The notes: generated by a model not told the origin, from the letters alone. A stretch of 63,649 nucleotides of DNA, filler included, from Collodictyon triciliatum (GCA_043381765.1; 5 parts of 5 records of this genome joined end to end with filler, not necessarily neighbours in it); one strand, 5' to 3'; positions 30,646-44,016 are shown, numbered from the whole stretch's first letter. Program-made: numbers and translations.

Positions 30646-31542
30646 CTCACACAGTCGAGAAGAAGAAAATTTACGCAGGAGAAGAATTTCTCAAAACTCA
30701 ACCTAACGAATCCAGGGTTTGTACATATTTTACTTTATTTTCAAGAAAATTTCTGCTGCTATGTTCTAAATACCTCTCATTTTCTCGTTTTTTTTTTTAA
30801 AATATACTGACTGAAATAATTTTTCGTTACTAATTTATAAATAGGTATTCTTCAAAACTTTCTTCGAAACACAAATGTTCCGACGGTCAGTTCACATTTA
30901 TACACCCATCAGCTTTCTTTTCTGTCACACGACTTCTGGTCACCTAAATTTTACGCAATCATAGATTTGTGGAGGACATGAACCAAAGGTCAAGATACAA
31001 TCTAGTATCTGTGTTCGATCGGTATTTAGACCCACTCTCAGAAAAAGTCGACTTTCTACTTAACGTTCATGAGGTAAGATATTATATCACCAAACTTGAA
31101 TTCACAAAGCACACCTTAAATATATTGCTTGATATCCTTAAACATACCGACTCCTCGGTGCCAATATCATAAGATTAAACATCAAACATCACTTATACTT
31201 GCCAGACTAGTGACAGATGCACTCTACTTGATATCCCTGGGCCGGTCATCAGCCTTGGTCAAGGTCTGTTTTCGTGCGGTCCTTGCGTATTAGTTTTTTC
31301 TTTTCTTTTCTTTTCTTTTCTTTTCTTTTTCTTTTTCTTTTTCTTTTCTTTTTGTTTTTGTTTTTGTTTTTGTTTTTGTTTTTGTTTTTGTTTTTGTTTT
31401 TGTTTTTGTTTTTGTTTTTGTTTTTGTTTTTGTTTTTGTTTTNNNNNNNNNNNNNNNNNNNNNNNNNNNNNNNNNNNNNNNNNNNNNNNNNNNNNNNNNN
31501 NNNNNNNNNNNNNNNNNNNNNNNNNNNNNNNNNNNNNNNNNN

Positions 31543-31636
<94 letters not shown>

Positions 31637-34600
31637 GAATCTGTCTCCTATGAGCACATCTTCCCTGAATTGGACCATAAGAAATACACAAACCCGGTAA
31701 TAAAAGTATTTACAGATGTTCGATATTTTCCCCAAATGAAAATATTACATATCAATAAAAAAAATTTTCTTTTGACTTTACCAGGTCTTGGTTTTTTCTT
31801 TCAAAAACAATATAAATATTCTATTCGGATAAACCAGTAGAATTGACATAATGTTCACTTAAACATATCAGGATGTATCTAAGCTTCTGTCAATCTTAAA
31901 CGATTGCATCACTAAGTAAGGCATTTCTTTCTTATAACTGACTTATGTAAATGTATACAACCTAGTGTCAACATATACTAAAATCGCACTACTAAAACCA
32001 TGTTTACATTATAGGACCCCTAATGTTGCCCAGTTTTACTATCTCAGAGCATTTGTGTATGAAAAAATGGGCGACTTAGTCAAGGTTATTTTTCTATCGA
32101 AAAATTGTATGATTTCTGTTCTGAACTAGTTGAGAACGTAATATCAACTTTACATAACTAAAGGCTGTTGCGGATTGTGACGTTGTTTGGACGAAGAGCA
32201 TGCATATGCTGCCACCTAAAATGATGGGTAGTCAAATATTTTAACACTATAGCAGAGCCAATAATATACTTTCAAGTTAGTATATTGATATAGCTTGATT
32301 TATAGACAGAATCGTTGAAAAGATGAACGCTGCCCAGCTAAACGAGACTGAGGATATTGGATTCAAGGTGCACTACGAATTCTTTTCATTTTATTATTCT
32401 TATCACTTCGTAAGTCAATTGACCAGGTAGACTTGATTTTAATCAGAGTGTTCGATGAACCCAACAACATTAGCCTGCTGAAATTGTCAGGCGCGTGAGA
32501 TGCATGCGAAACCCAACCAATGCTGGGCGTCTGTTCATAATATATCATTGATTGAACTAACGCACACATTTAGAAGAAAAAACTTACCTCTGCTTTGTTA
32601 CATATTTATATCCTCATTACTAGTATTGTAAAAGAATGAAACAATATTTTCTCTAAATTTCGAGTCATTTGTATTTCAAGCGCGCATTAAAAAAATCACT
32701 CTTTCCTATCATGTAACCTATAGTGGCCTCATCAACTCTAGAAAAGGACTCTGCAGAGAATCCTGTGGTTTTTGTATGTCTTTGTATTTTTTGATGCAAC
32801 TTTGCCTCCTCTTCTATTTTTTTCTCTACGAATGTTCTAAATAAAATAAAATCTTACAGGCAAATACAGGCATCGACTTTGTGGAAGGTTTTTTTTTTTT
32901 TGTTAAAAATTTCATTTTCCATAAGTTGTAGCTTAGTTTTATTCAATCTATTGTGAGATTATATTCATCTGGCTGTTCTTGTATGTCAAATTATTCACAT
33001 ATTATTTTAAATTAATTTTCTTTTTGGAAATTGTTCAGTGCTATCTGTTTTGGGGTTAGCCGCAAATGGAAAAGTATCAAAAGAAAACTTTGTGCAATAC
33101 TCTGAGCGCCTTAACTTAGCCGATGATACCTTGGTGGCCAGATTGTAAGCCAAATAGCTATTTTGGCTTTTAATATTCATATCAATTTTGACAGTCATTT
33201 TATCCATTTCATAGGTTATTTGAGGCTATTGCCGATGATTCGAAAGCAGAGTTCATCGACATATCGCTATTGGAAACGTACATCCAAACTTTCACCTCTA
33301 TATGCAATAGAGTTCCTGAGAGGCTTAAACTGGGTCAGTGAGGTTCATACCGGGGCGCGAGATTTAAACATTTTTTTCTCGTCAACAATTAATCAATCTA
33401 TTTTTTTCTGTAGAGGAAACCGAAGTCGTCATTCGCTGTTCGTCGAAAGCATATGATAAGTAAATTTCAAATTAATTAATAATACCCTTGCGCTACATGT
33501 TTGATTGTGTCCAGTTTTTTTTTTCTTATTTGTTATTGATACCTTCCATAGAAACGCTGTTGCAGGCCACGTTATTTTAACCAATAAGCAAATATACTTC
33601 GGGGTAACTGTTCATTTAACTCTGATAATCCCATCAAATATTTCAAGCCAAGCACATTTTCACTCACTCAGTCACATGAAAGAATCTGTCATAGAATGCC
33701 ACCTATTTTTTTTTAATTTTTGCGGAATATCGTTCATTTTTCATATACCCTTAGTCTGAAGAATTTAAGCCGATTGTCAAGCTCGATAAAATCCAAAGGT
33801 GTGAGGAATACAACTATAGAGTTTTGGTTCCACCAGGTCTTGCATTGAACTATCTGCTAATAGTTAACAATATCTCTAGTTTTAAGTAATTATCGGCAAT
33901 TTTGTTTCATTTTTCCATATCTGTTGAGCTCACAAAATTTAACTTTATCGTTATTTTTTCCCTTTATTCGATATAAAGTATTAACTTCATCGATATAATA
34001 TTAAATTTCAATAAAACTTTATCTTCATAAACTAGGAATGCCCTGTATTAGAATTATGTCTCAAGAGGAAATCACTTTTTGCTTTTGGTCCTTCCCTGAA
34101 CGCGAAGTCTGGGTGTCATATATAAAGTATGGTTTTGTATAGCTATTTTTTTCTTTTCTGCTAAATCTTTCATTTGAGTTTCACGTCTAACCAGAAAATT
34201 ATCTCAGTGAAATATGCGCAGCCAATCAGACTATGCTCGAGAATTCTGAAGCTGTGATGAATGGTAGAGCTTTTGTTGTTAATTTTTCCCCAGAACCATA
34301 AAAATTTCTTTTGTATATACAAATGAACGAAATGTGCAACTAAATATTTAAGCTACGTTTGAATGCAGAAGTGACAATACTCATTTTCGATGTAATTGAA
34401 CATCTGTAATTCCAGTTAATAAGACGATGAACAATCTGTTGCGTACGGAGGCTTTATCCCAGATGCACAAGAAAACTATTGTACTCTTTTACTGAGACAA
34501 CTTGAAACCAAATTTCTGGGATTTTTAGCTTTTTTTTTTTAAAGAAAAAAGCTCGGCATATATAATTAATTTATAATTTATAGAACACTCTATTGTACCA

Positions 34601-35152
34601 AAAAGACGGATTCAACGAAGCACACGAATATGTCATGCAAAGCGTCAAGGTATGCTTACAATCTATCATCAATATTTTCTCAAATAGCGGATAGAATAGA
34701 GCGCCTCATTCCAAATACACTAGAATCAAAGGGACCGAAAGTGGGGTACTCTTTCGATGAACATCGACCTTATTCCAGGCTTAGAAAGAATTACAGACCC
34801 GTGTCAGGTTGAACCACTTACAGCATTCTGCGGATAATTGTGTGCTTATTTTTTTAATTTTTTTAATTTTTTTAATTTTTTTAATTTTTTTAATTTTTTT
34901 AATCTGTCAAGTTAATTAGCATGTGGTTACAATAACAAAAATATCATCAAAAACTTTTAAAGCTAACACTATTCTATTATAGTTGTCTGAGGTGATGTGC
35001 AAGCTTATACTAAAAACGTTCTACATGTACGTTGATATGTCGACAAAAAGTAAGTGAATATCGGTCAAACCTGACTATTTCACAAGCTAATTTTAAGTAG
35101 GGTTCGCTTCATCACGCTTAAATTTCATTTATCTCATCCAAATGTCTCCTCT

Positions 35153-35183
<31 letters not shown>

Positions 35184-36301
35184 ATGGGACTCTTCTTGTT
35201 AATGAATTCCTCTTTCATCAAGGTGTCGACTCTCAGAAATTTTGCACTTGTGAATCTTTCAAACAGTATATTGCATACATGCATTTTCTGAAAGATGTAG
35301 GATTAATTCATATTTTGAAGTATATTCTGTTCATGATACACGTTTTTCTCATTACAATATTCGAAATCTGTTATAATTTATGATTAATTGTATCCTTAAT
35401 AATAATAAAAAATAAAAAGGTTAAATTACAAGTCTTATCGGACGACCAGCGAGCCGCATTTTTTATAAATATATATAATTCCTTGGTTATTTTCTTTTTA
35501 CGTGGATAAACACTATACTATTTATTAAAATTTAATTGAAACCCATGGCATCATATTAACAGGTGGAAAGAAACAAAACCATACAAATCGTTCCCCTCGC
35601 TAAATCTCCAATTCTTAGATTGTCCACATGTATGCCGTCTATGGAGTCACTGCCACACTGCAGAAGAAATTAAACAGCCAAATGTCACGATATCAGATTG
35701 GAGACGAATTCTATTCAGCAGACGATATTAAACATGGCATTCTTCGAGGTTGCAACAACAGTGGGATGTTTTCATTGTGAATGTAAATTTATCGAAGATT
35801 AACCAAATAAAAGGAAATCGCCCAAGAAAACGCCGGGTCATAGTCCTTGAGTGTCGCCAATTCGAAAGGGCAGACCCCAGACTCAAGTTTGTAGCCCTTG
35901 CTGGTCTAAATACGCCATGAAACATACACAAAAGGGAGAAATTTTCTTGAGCCGTCTGGAATGGTTTCTTGTTATTTATAAATCCCTGTGCAGATTTGCA
36001 ATATCGAAGTTGGAGCCGCGTGTAAACTTTGTCCTCTGCAAGCATACACATGTAAGCCCATCCGTGAAAGTGTACACTGCAGCCAATTTAGAGCAGGTTT
36101 TTTTTTTTAAAAAAAAAAAGTAAAATAATTCTTTGCGTATATATTTTTTTTATTCTGGGAGCATGCTCATGCATCTGCCCATACAATCTTTATTGTAACT
36201 CTTCCTATCACTCATGAAAACTGGATGCAAGAGCTTCCCTTTCTTCCTTTCTCTCGCATTTGCCACCGAGATATTCACTGCTCTGCACTATGAATTTGCG
36301 C

Positions 36302-36397
<96 letters not shown>

Positions 36398-36977
36398 AGT
36401 GATTATATAATAACAAAAAGGACCTGCAAAGGGCCACTGAGGAATATTGCCAAATGTTCATCTCATACTTCCATCAAAAGAAAGAGGTTTGCAAAAAGAA
36501 ACAAAAATCACTACTTAGAATCGCGATTGCAGAAAAGTAATACTAATGGGAGAGAAAATAGAAGAAGAAAAAGAAGACAATAACAAAAGGAGGAATTTGC
36601 CCAAGAAAGAAAAAAAAAATAACGCCCGCCTTTGTCTGGTTGTAAACTCCTAGATTCACCTCCCAAAAGTCTTTTACTACTGCGAGTCTGACTTTGGAAA
36701 CAGCGAAGAGGACATGCTGAAATGGATTTCTCGTTTGTTCCATATATACTTTTCTTTTACTTTCTGTCAATTTTTCCTACCATTTTGCACGAGAGAAAGA
36801 ACTGTTGGTTATATATATCTATTTATTACATTAATACCCGAGCACGGCAACAAACAAATGGTGTTACTTGCACTTTTTCTAGGCTATTCCCCACAATCCG
36901 TATCCCGCGCTGTTCAGGCATACATCGAGAAGCCTAAAGAATACACAATCGTCTTTGACAATGACACAACGTTTGAA
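27073..36977 (+). CDS. DENN-domain Rab GEF-like protein with TPR-like and PH/GRAM-like segments and a C-terminal DUF547 domain; 3' end runs into N gap
   Basis: uDENN LDCLLLVG, FCFPE, RYAACLVFYD. cDENN YAPKCLCLISHWP, IPAPPPG, LPFLD, VLTEQKILF, LVYPFTWLHTYIPVLP, LSAPVPFIMG. dDENN FFETQMF. YYLRAFVYEKMG (TPR-like). DUF547-type AFFINIYNSL, YQIGDEFYSADDIKHGILRGN, DPRL...EPRVNFVL...SPSVKVYT, LPKVFYYCESDFG. Confidence 0.85.
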
Positions 36978-37780
36978 NNNNNNNNNNNNNNNNNNNNNNN
37001 NNNNNNNNNNNNNNNNNNNNNNNNNNNNNNNNNNNNNNNNNNNNNNNNNNNNNNNNNNNNNNNNNNNNNNNNNNNNNNNNNNNNNNNNNNNNNNNNNNNN
37101 NNNNNNNNNNNNNNNNNNNNNNNNNNNNNNNNNNNNNNNNNNNNNNNNNNNNNNNNNNNNNNNNNNNNNNNNNNNNNNNNNNNNNNNNNNNNNNNNNNNN
37201 NNNNNNNNNNNNNNNNNNNNNNNNNNNNNNNNNNNNNNNNNNNNNNNNNNNNNNNNNNNNNNNNNNNNNNNNNNNNNNNNNNNNNNNNNNNNNNNNNNNN
37301 NNNNNNNNNNNNNNNNNNNNNNNNNNNNNNNNNNNNNNNNNNNNNNNNNNNNNNNNNNNNNNNNNNNNNNNNNNNNNNNNNNNNNNNNNNNNNNNNNNNN
37401 NNNNNNNNNNNNNNNNNNNNNNNNNNNNNNNNNNNNNNNNNNNNNNNNNNNNNNNNNNNNNNNNNNNNNNNNNNNNNNNNNNNNNNNNNNNNNNNNNNNN
37501 NNNNNNNNNNNNNNNNNNNNNNNNNNNNNNNNNNNNNNNNNNNNNNNNNNNNNNNNNNNNNNNNNNNNNNNNNNNNNNNNNNNNNNNNNNNNNNNNNNNN
37601 NNNNNNNNNNNNNNNNNNNNNNNNNNNNGATAAAAAAAAAGTGTAGAAAAAGTAATCGTCTGACGAAACATTAATCATTTTTTCTCCAAAAAAAAGAAGA
37701 AAAAAGAGGAAGTTATTATTCATGACATGAGCGTGCGATTTCCAAGTTCCTTTGTAGATGCAAACTAGACAAATTAGTCT

Positions 37781-40700
37781 TCACGAGATGTTCGCTTCAG
37801 GTTTGCGTGGAATCATCAAACGGTCTCTGCTCTTTGGTCGAGAGGCTTTTAAGGCGGCAGTTGGGGCGGATGGTTGAAACGTGTCCTTTCCATGACTGCC
37901 ACATATAATTTGACAGGTGGATTATACAAATGGTGTTTTTCTCTTTTCTTTTTCTTTCTCTATTCCTTTTTCCTTTTTCCTTTTTCTTCTATCAATTCCG
38001 TCTATTATTGAATGTAAAAGAAAACCCATTTTCTTGCTCTGTGGGGCGGTCTGTATCGGAGGATGTTGGCCTTGACCGCCCCTGCGAGTTGGGCCTTGAC
38101 TTTCCTTGGGATTGAGGACGTGACCTTCCTCGGGACTCTGGTCGAAGAGCGAGAGGTATTTCAGACCGGGATGACCGAGAGAAGCTTGGTCGTTGAGAGC
38201 CTGGGGAAGAGAGGGCGCTCGTTGGAGGGGATGAAGCGTACGACAGCTCAAGCGAATCCTTTTTTTTTTTTTTCAATAGTAGATTATCGAGTGAATAACA
38301 TGTTTTTGTTACTTCTTGGTACTTTCATAGTCTTTATGCATATTTTATTTTCAATGTTTAATCTTGGGAAGATATTCACAACAAAAATATAGAAGTTGGT
38401 GTTTGGTTTGGTTCATGGGCATTCTTTTTCTGCTTTATATTCACTTAAAGAGTACAGAATGGAATTTTTTATATCAATTTCATTCCTTACAATTTTTGAT
38501 CGGAAGGAATCTGGAAAAATATTGGACGATTGGTCTGATGTCCTTGATATCTAAATTCAAAGCATTCGTGGGTTTGATATGATTATTTTTTTTTAAAAAA
38601 AAAACACCTATTATTTTGCTAAATTTTGCAATCTACCCTGTAAAATATGATTTATTTCTATGATACCAACTCCAAAAAGGAAGCATATATATTCACGGTA
38701 CACTACACTTCAAGCCAAGATTCAATTCAGAGCATTACACTTTTTCTATTACGAAGGGCCATGACTGGGTTTCCACAAAAGACTTCATTAACACCTATAC
38801 GTTAAACAGTTAGATTATAATAATAATAATAAAAAAAAGTATGAGCATAATTCACTACTTTATTTTCATTATATTTAATACAAAATGCGATAATTATGAG
38901 AATATAGACCATGAGTTAAGTTACTGCTGGCGTCGTCTTCAACGGCAAGTGAATCTGAAAAAAAAAATGAGAATGGCGATATCATTTATGTAATGCTTTC
39001 TGTTAAAATTTGAAAAGCAAAAGCAAAAGCAAAAAATAAAACAAATAAATAAATAGATAAAAATTCCTACTCGGTAACGCTTGTAATGAAAGCCCTTCGA
39101 TTAGAGCACGAGTGGAAACAACTGCGAAAGCAATAAAACATCAATTAACAGTATGACTAAGTCAACTATTTGACATTTTAACTAAAGCTCGCTCAGATTA
39201 GTGTAAATTCCTACTTAGATGGTAACATATAGACAAACCATATGGCTGCATATCGCATGACTCTGCCCCAGAGCCTCGTTCAGCTTCGACACTGAATGCC
39301 GTGGATGTGCGTGGTCTTCCAGCGCTGCTGCTTGGTCTGTTTGAAAGAGATGTGGCGGGTCTTGTTGCGGTTGTTGGTCGTCTTTAAAAGATCAAGAAAA
39401 TTTGAAAACAAAACAAAACAAAACAAGACAAAACAAAACAAAACAAAACAAAAATCAAAAATCAAAAATCAAAAATCAAAAATCAAAAATCAAAAATCAA
39501 AAATCAAAAATCAAAAATCAAAACAAAACGTGATGTTAGTAAGTTCGATTAGCTTTTTATTTGTCTTACTTTCTGGGATGTAAATAATATTATCAAGAGC
39601 CACACCAAAGACCACGGGTACACTTTTTTGCATATGATAAAAAAATGTGAAAAATAGGACCAGCATGGATTGTATTCTACACAAACCCAGATGTCGTGGG
39701 TCTCTCGAGGGGCGCATTTCTTGACGGAGAAAGTATAGAAAAGTATAGAAAAGTATAGAAAAGTATAGAAAAGTATAGAAAAGTATAGAAAAGTATAGAA
39801 AAGTATAGAAAAGTATAGAAAAGAAAGGAGCATTCAGTCCCAATTACAAACGATTACATTAAAGGTATCTTAAAGAATCATAACTGGACTGCTAAGTGAA
39901 AATTTGATCAGGAAATTTTGGTGATGATATAGAGTTGCTGATGAACTACGAATATGAAAGTCAATCTTACCCGAAAGGGGACATATCAATGGTCGACTCG
40001 ATGAAAGTAAATTTTTTTGTTATGCTAAATATTTGTTGAAAATTATATTTTTAAAAAAATTCAAAGAAAGGACGTATTTCATTAAAATTTAATAAAAGTT
40101 GGCTAATTCAAGTATTAGACCACTGCATATTCAACTTGATAAAACTCAAATAGGAAAACAATTTACCTCTCAATACTTTGTTCCTCCTCCTCATCTCTTG
40201 CATATTTTTCCATGACCTCTTTAATTTCACTTTCTTCCTCTGTATTCCCCTATAAAACAGAATTTTTATAAACCACATGAAGACGACGAGGAAAATGATG
40301 AAAATAACAATTTTTTTTAAAAATCCTTTTTTGCCACATGAAATTGAATATCCACTTCGGCTTTATCAGCTGGAATCACTTCGATATCGTCCAGAGTGTC
40401 TAATGTCTATAAAATAGAATTATCAAATCATAAAGTTTAGTTATATTTGTCATAAAATTAGAAGGTGAATGAAGGAAAACATTGATAGTATCTTGAAATA
40501 TAGAGCAAGTGCATATGGTTAGTCAGAACTCACAGGAATCGAGCGACAAACAATTATTCGGTAGAATGGGATTTCTTTGTCGGCCATAATTAGAGGGGGG
40601 TTTCAATAAGATTAAAAAATTTTCACAAAATGGGTTATCCGCACACAAAAATTCATGGGAAGTGCATCATCAGCCACAGTTAAAAAATTCTGAAGAAAAG

Positions 40701-42171
40701 CATACGACTGATGGGATTTCCCTCCAGGGTTAAAGCGTTCAAGTTGGCACATCCCGCTGATTTTTGATATATTATATTTCAAGTATTCAGTACTGGTCAA
40801 AGGAAAAAAATATTTGGACATATGGGAGGGGTAGTGTACCTAGAAATTCGATTGTTTCTATGCATCGAATATGATTTCTGTTGGACGTCACAGAAGAAAG
40901 AAAGATATATTTATTAATAATCCCTTACAGAAAACAAAAAGATATTACATTTTTTTGGGCCCGATGGATGTAATTAATTCTTTAAAATTTTCAGCACTCT
41001 CTGATTTTTATATCACATGTAAACTAAGATAAAAACGGAATAAAGAAACCCTTCTAAATCCAACAACTGAAGGTTATCAAGTCCGCTGAGCGGACTAAGG
41101 TCACATATTTTGTTGAAAGAAAGATACAATTCCTTCAGATCTATTTATTGATTTATTGAATTTCAAAAATAATCCAAATGATATCACAGCAAGTATAAAA
41201 AAATATATAAAAATTCAAGCGAGAATGACAAGTATCTGAAAATATGGAATGATACAGGATTCATCATGAAAAAGCTTTACTTGGTATCGATAAGACTCCT
41301 TCTAGATCAACGACTTCGCACCGAGAGAGCCACAAGACCTCCAGATGAATAAGAGATGTACCCAAATGTCTTTGAAAAAGAGATGCAATTGATAACAATT
41401 TTGTATAAAATTTTTTCATTCTCTTTTTGGCCATATAGGCGAGTAAAATTGAAAAACCTTAGGCTCGATATTTTACTGTTATTCAACTTTAATTCTTTCA
41501 GGTTCGGAACATAATCACCTAAATATATATATTGTTTCAGTGCTCTAAAAGTAGGGTAACGTTTTGAAGAAAAAGAAATTGGCTCCGAAAAAAAATCTTA
41601 TAGCTTTTCGGTATTTAAGAATGGAAAAATATGTACATATTTAAATTTTAGAAAAAAAAAATTATAATGATGGTCATGTGAAAACGATTTCAAATTAATC
41701 AGAGAGTGCAGCTCACACACACGTGTGCGCAATAAAGACAGACCAAATCTTCCGAGAGAGTTAAATGTGGTATCTACAAATATCTCCAGGAACCGAACAA
41801 TATTCAGGTCATGATTATTTGATAGTTCCCTCTGCGTGAGAATTTGAGCAAAAAAAAAATGGTTTCAGATAAAAGAGTAAGTAACAACATCAATTCTTAA
41901 TGGATATGTAATAATCGATTTCTAAAATGAAACTGGTTTTTTTTCCATGTGAAAGAGTGAGCGTCGCTTGCAAGTGAAAGCTACTTACTAGTCTGCTCTC
42001 TGATAGATATTCCTCCAGGACAACCTCATCCAAATCTTCCAAACCAAAGTCATCGGGTGGTCTCGTGGGCGTGGCTGGCTTTGAGGGTTTTATCACTGGG
42101 GCAGAGCGAGCAAGAGGCGTAATGACGATGTCCCTGGGGACGAAAGCTGATTGTGCATCAAGATTGCCCAT
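37781..42171 (-). CDS. LRRC56: LRRC56/ODA8 (outer dynein arm assembly/transport factor), multi-exon
   Basis: EEYLSESRL|RELSNNHDLNIVRFLEIFVDTTFNSLGRFG|DYVPNLKELKLNNSKISSLR|HLGTSLIHLEVLWLSRC...LKELYLSFNKICDLSPLSGLDNLQLLDLEG closely follows the LRRC56 N-terminal LRR. Later CGNPVMALR and RPxS/T-rich tail. Both ends approximate. Confidence 0.85.
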
Positions 42172-43259
42172 AGAGGAATCTATTCATTGTCAATATAATT
42201 AGATTGGCTCATTCACCAAACCATCACAACTTTTACCAATGTTAGATTTTAACTAAGAGTTATGATGTGTTTATCATCACAGTGTTCAATAACTCAAATA
42301 TTGGAAATAAAGCGTGGGCATAAGTAGACCAGTAAATGAGTAGGTGATTATGTATGCATATATGGCTTGCTAGTATGCACACGAATGTTTGAATATGGAA
42401 TAATATTGTGATTTATAGAACAAAGATATATACACCGCGAAGACGGGCGCATCGCGACGCTCTGCGTTGACTTCATGTGCTACGTAATCCCTGTATGTTC
42501 AGTCTGAACGATAGCAAAAGAGAAACCCCGTTAGACATGATTAACACTTGTGATATATTTTCTAGCGGCATGTGTATATTTCGCGAATATCCTCTTCTTT
42601 TTTACATAAAAAAACGACTCAAAAGCTGGGCTATGTAAAACCAAGATTACGCCTCGTAACATATTGGTAGGGGGGATTATTCGGTTATTGCGTATTGTAC
42701 TATTTTCGCTTAGTTTTGCTATTCTTTCTTTTTGGCTTCCTTGTTTGGTTCATTCAGCTCATAAACATCCTTTAAAAAAAGAAAGAAAGAAAGAAAATAA
42801 TCGTAATGCCATAGAATACATGAAGCTTTCAACCCTGTCGGAAATACCTCCAGCTTGAAACAAAATGGCCCGGGAGGTTATTTTGTTGAATGGGTTTACA
42901 ATTATCACTGAATAAGTGAATTAAATAAAGAAAAACTCTTGTCGACCAACCTGAGCTTTTTTTTATTTTCTTTTTTAGTCATAGGAAACCATATCTTGTT
43001 CGATTTGCGTACCTCAGAATAGAAAAAAATACGGCAAGTCTTCCAGGGCGCCTCCAAGTATATGATCGGCCGTTCTTCCTTCTTCTTTCTTCCTTTTGCT
43101 GTTTGTTGTTGTGATCCTTTTTTTCTTTTCTGATTGATGACTGACCCAAGTTTGATTGGAAAATGAAAACAGAGGAATCGTTGTTCCACATTTGCTTTTC
43201 AAATAAGGCATGTGCAAAAAATTATTGTTTTTTTCTCTTTTCTTTTGCATAAAGGGGCA

Positions 43260-43367
43260 ACCAATTCTTTCGATTGGTAAACCAGGTGCGCTAGTATCCA
43301 AGGTCTCACCACCATTTTCACAAAGATTGTGTAGTGGTGAAGGCTGCCAGGAAAGACCCAACAGCCT
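43260..43367 (-). ncRNA. Candidate Fanzor omega-RNA scaffold (three stem-loops right after the Fanzor stop)
   Basis: Minus-strand RNA: AGGCUGUUGGG-UCUUU-CCUGGCAGCCU (43367-43341); UCACCACUA-CACAA-UCU-UUGUG-AAAA-UGGUGGUGA (43340-43306); ACCAAUC-GAAA-GAAUUGGU (43278-43260). The G-U wobbles and GAAA tetraloop work only on the Fanzor-sense strand. Confidence 0.55.
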
Positions 43368-43801
43368 ATTTTTTTTTAGAGAAAGGTGTATGCATATTTG
43401 GAAGGATTAAAACAACTTTCTTGAGTATATTTTTAGCGCTGATAAAGTCCCTTGTCAAGAATAAACTTTGTTTGCTTTCTGAGCGATTGCATTCCTTACA
43501 CATGAGACATATTTACACCTTTTTTATATTTCCTTTCAGTGTCATATATTCCAGTTCTTTTTCGCAGTTGCAACACATCTTGGAGGTTCTAAATTCATCT
43601 ACGCTAACTATTTCAAAACGTTTGGATAGTATTTTTCGTTACCCTCTTCCGATTGTTGGCGTAAAATGGTTCATCAGAGATTTTCTGCTCCAGTCTCCAT
43701 ACGCCAGTACAACATCCTTGCCAAATGTCTTTTCGATTCGGTCCGTAAACAACTGTTCACTTCTTTTTGTATTAACATATTGTCTCCATCTCATCTTTCG
43801 A
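43366..43801 (-). mobile_element. Fanzor1/TnpB-family RNA-guided nuclease, C-terminal RuvC/zinc-finger part, disrupted by two in-frame TAA; 5' part cut by scaffold end
   Basis: One uninterrupted-by-introns frame from 43800: RKMRWRQYVNTKRSEQLFTDRIEKTFGKDVVLAYGDWSRKSLMNHFTPTIGRG*RKILSKRFEIVSVDEFRTSKMCCNCEKELEYMTLKGNIKKV*ICLMCKECNRSESKQSLFLTRDFISAKNILKKVVLILPNMHTPFSKKK*. Motifs GDWS, PT.G.G, VDEFRTSK.C..C, C..C, RD..SA.NI. Confidence 0.88.
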
Positions 43802-43901
43802 NNNNNNNNNNNNNNNNNNNNNNNNNNNNNNNNNNNNNNNNNNNNTTAATTAATTAANNNNNNNNNNNNNNNNNNNNNNNNNNNNNNNNNNNNNNNNNNN
43901 N
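43802..43901. other. Artificial scaffold spacer
   Basis: TTAATTAATTAA at 43846-43857 between N runs. Confidence 0.95.
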
Positions 43902-43914
43902 AAAAACAAAAAAA

Positions 43915-44016
<102 letters not shown>

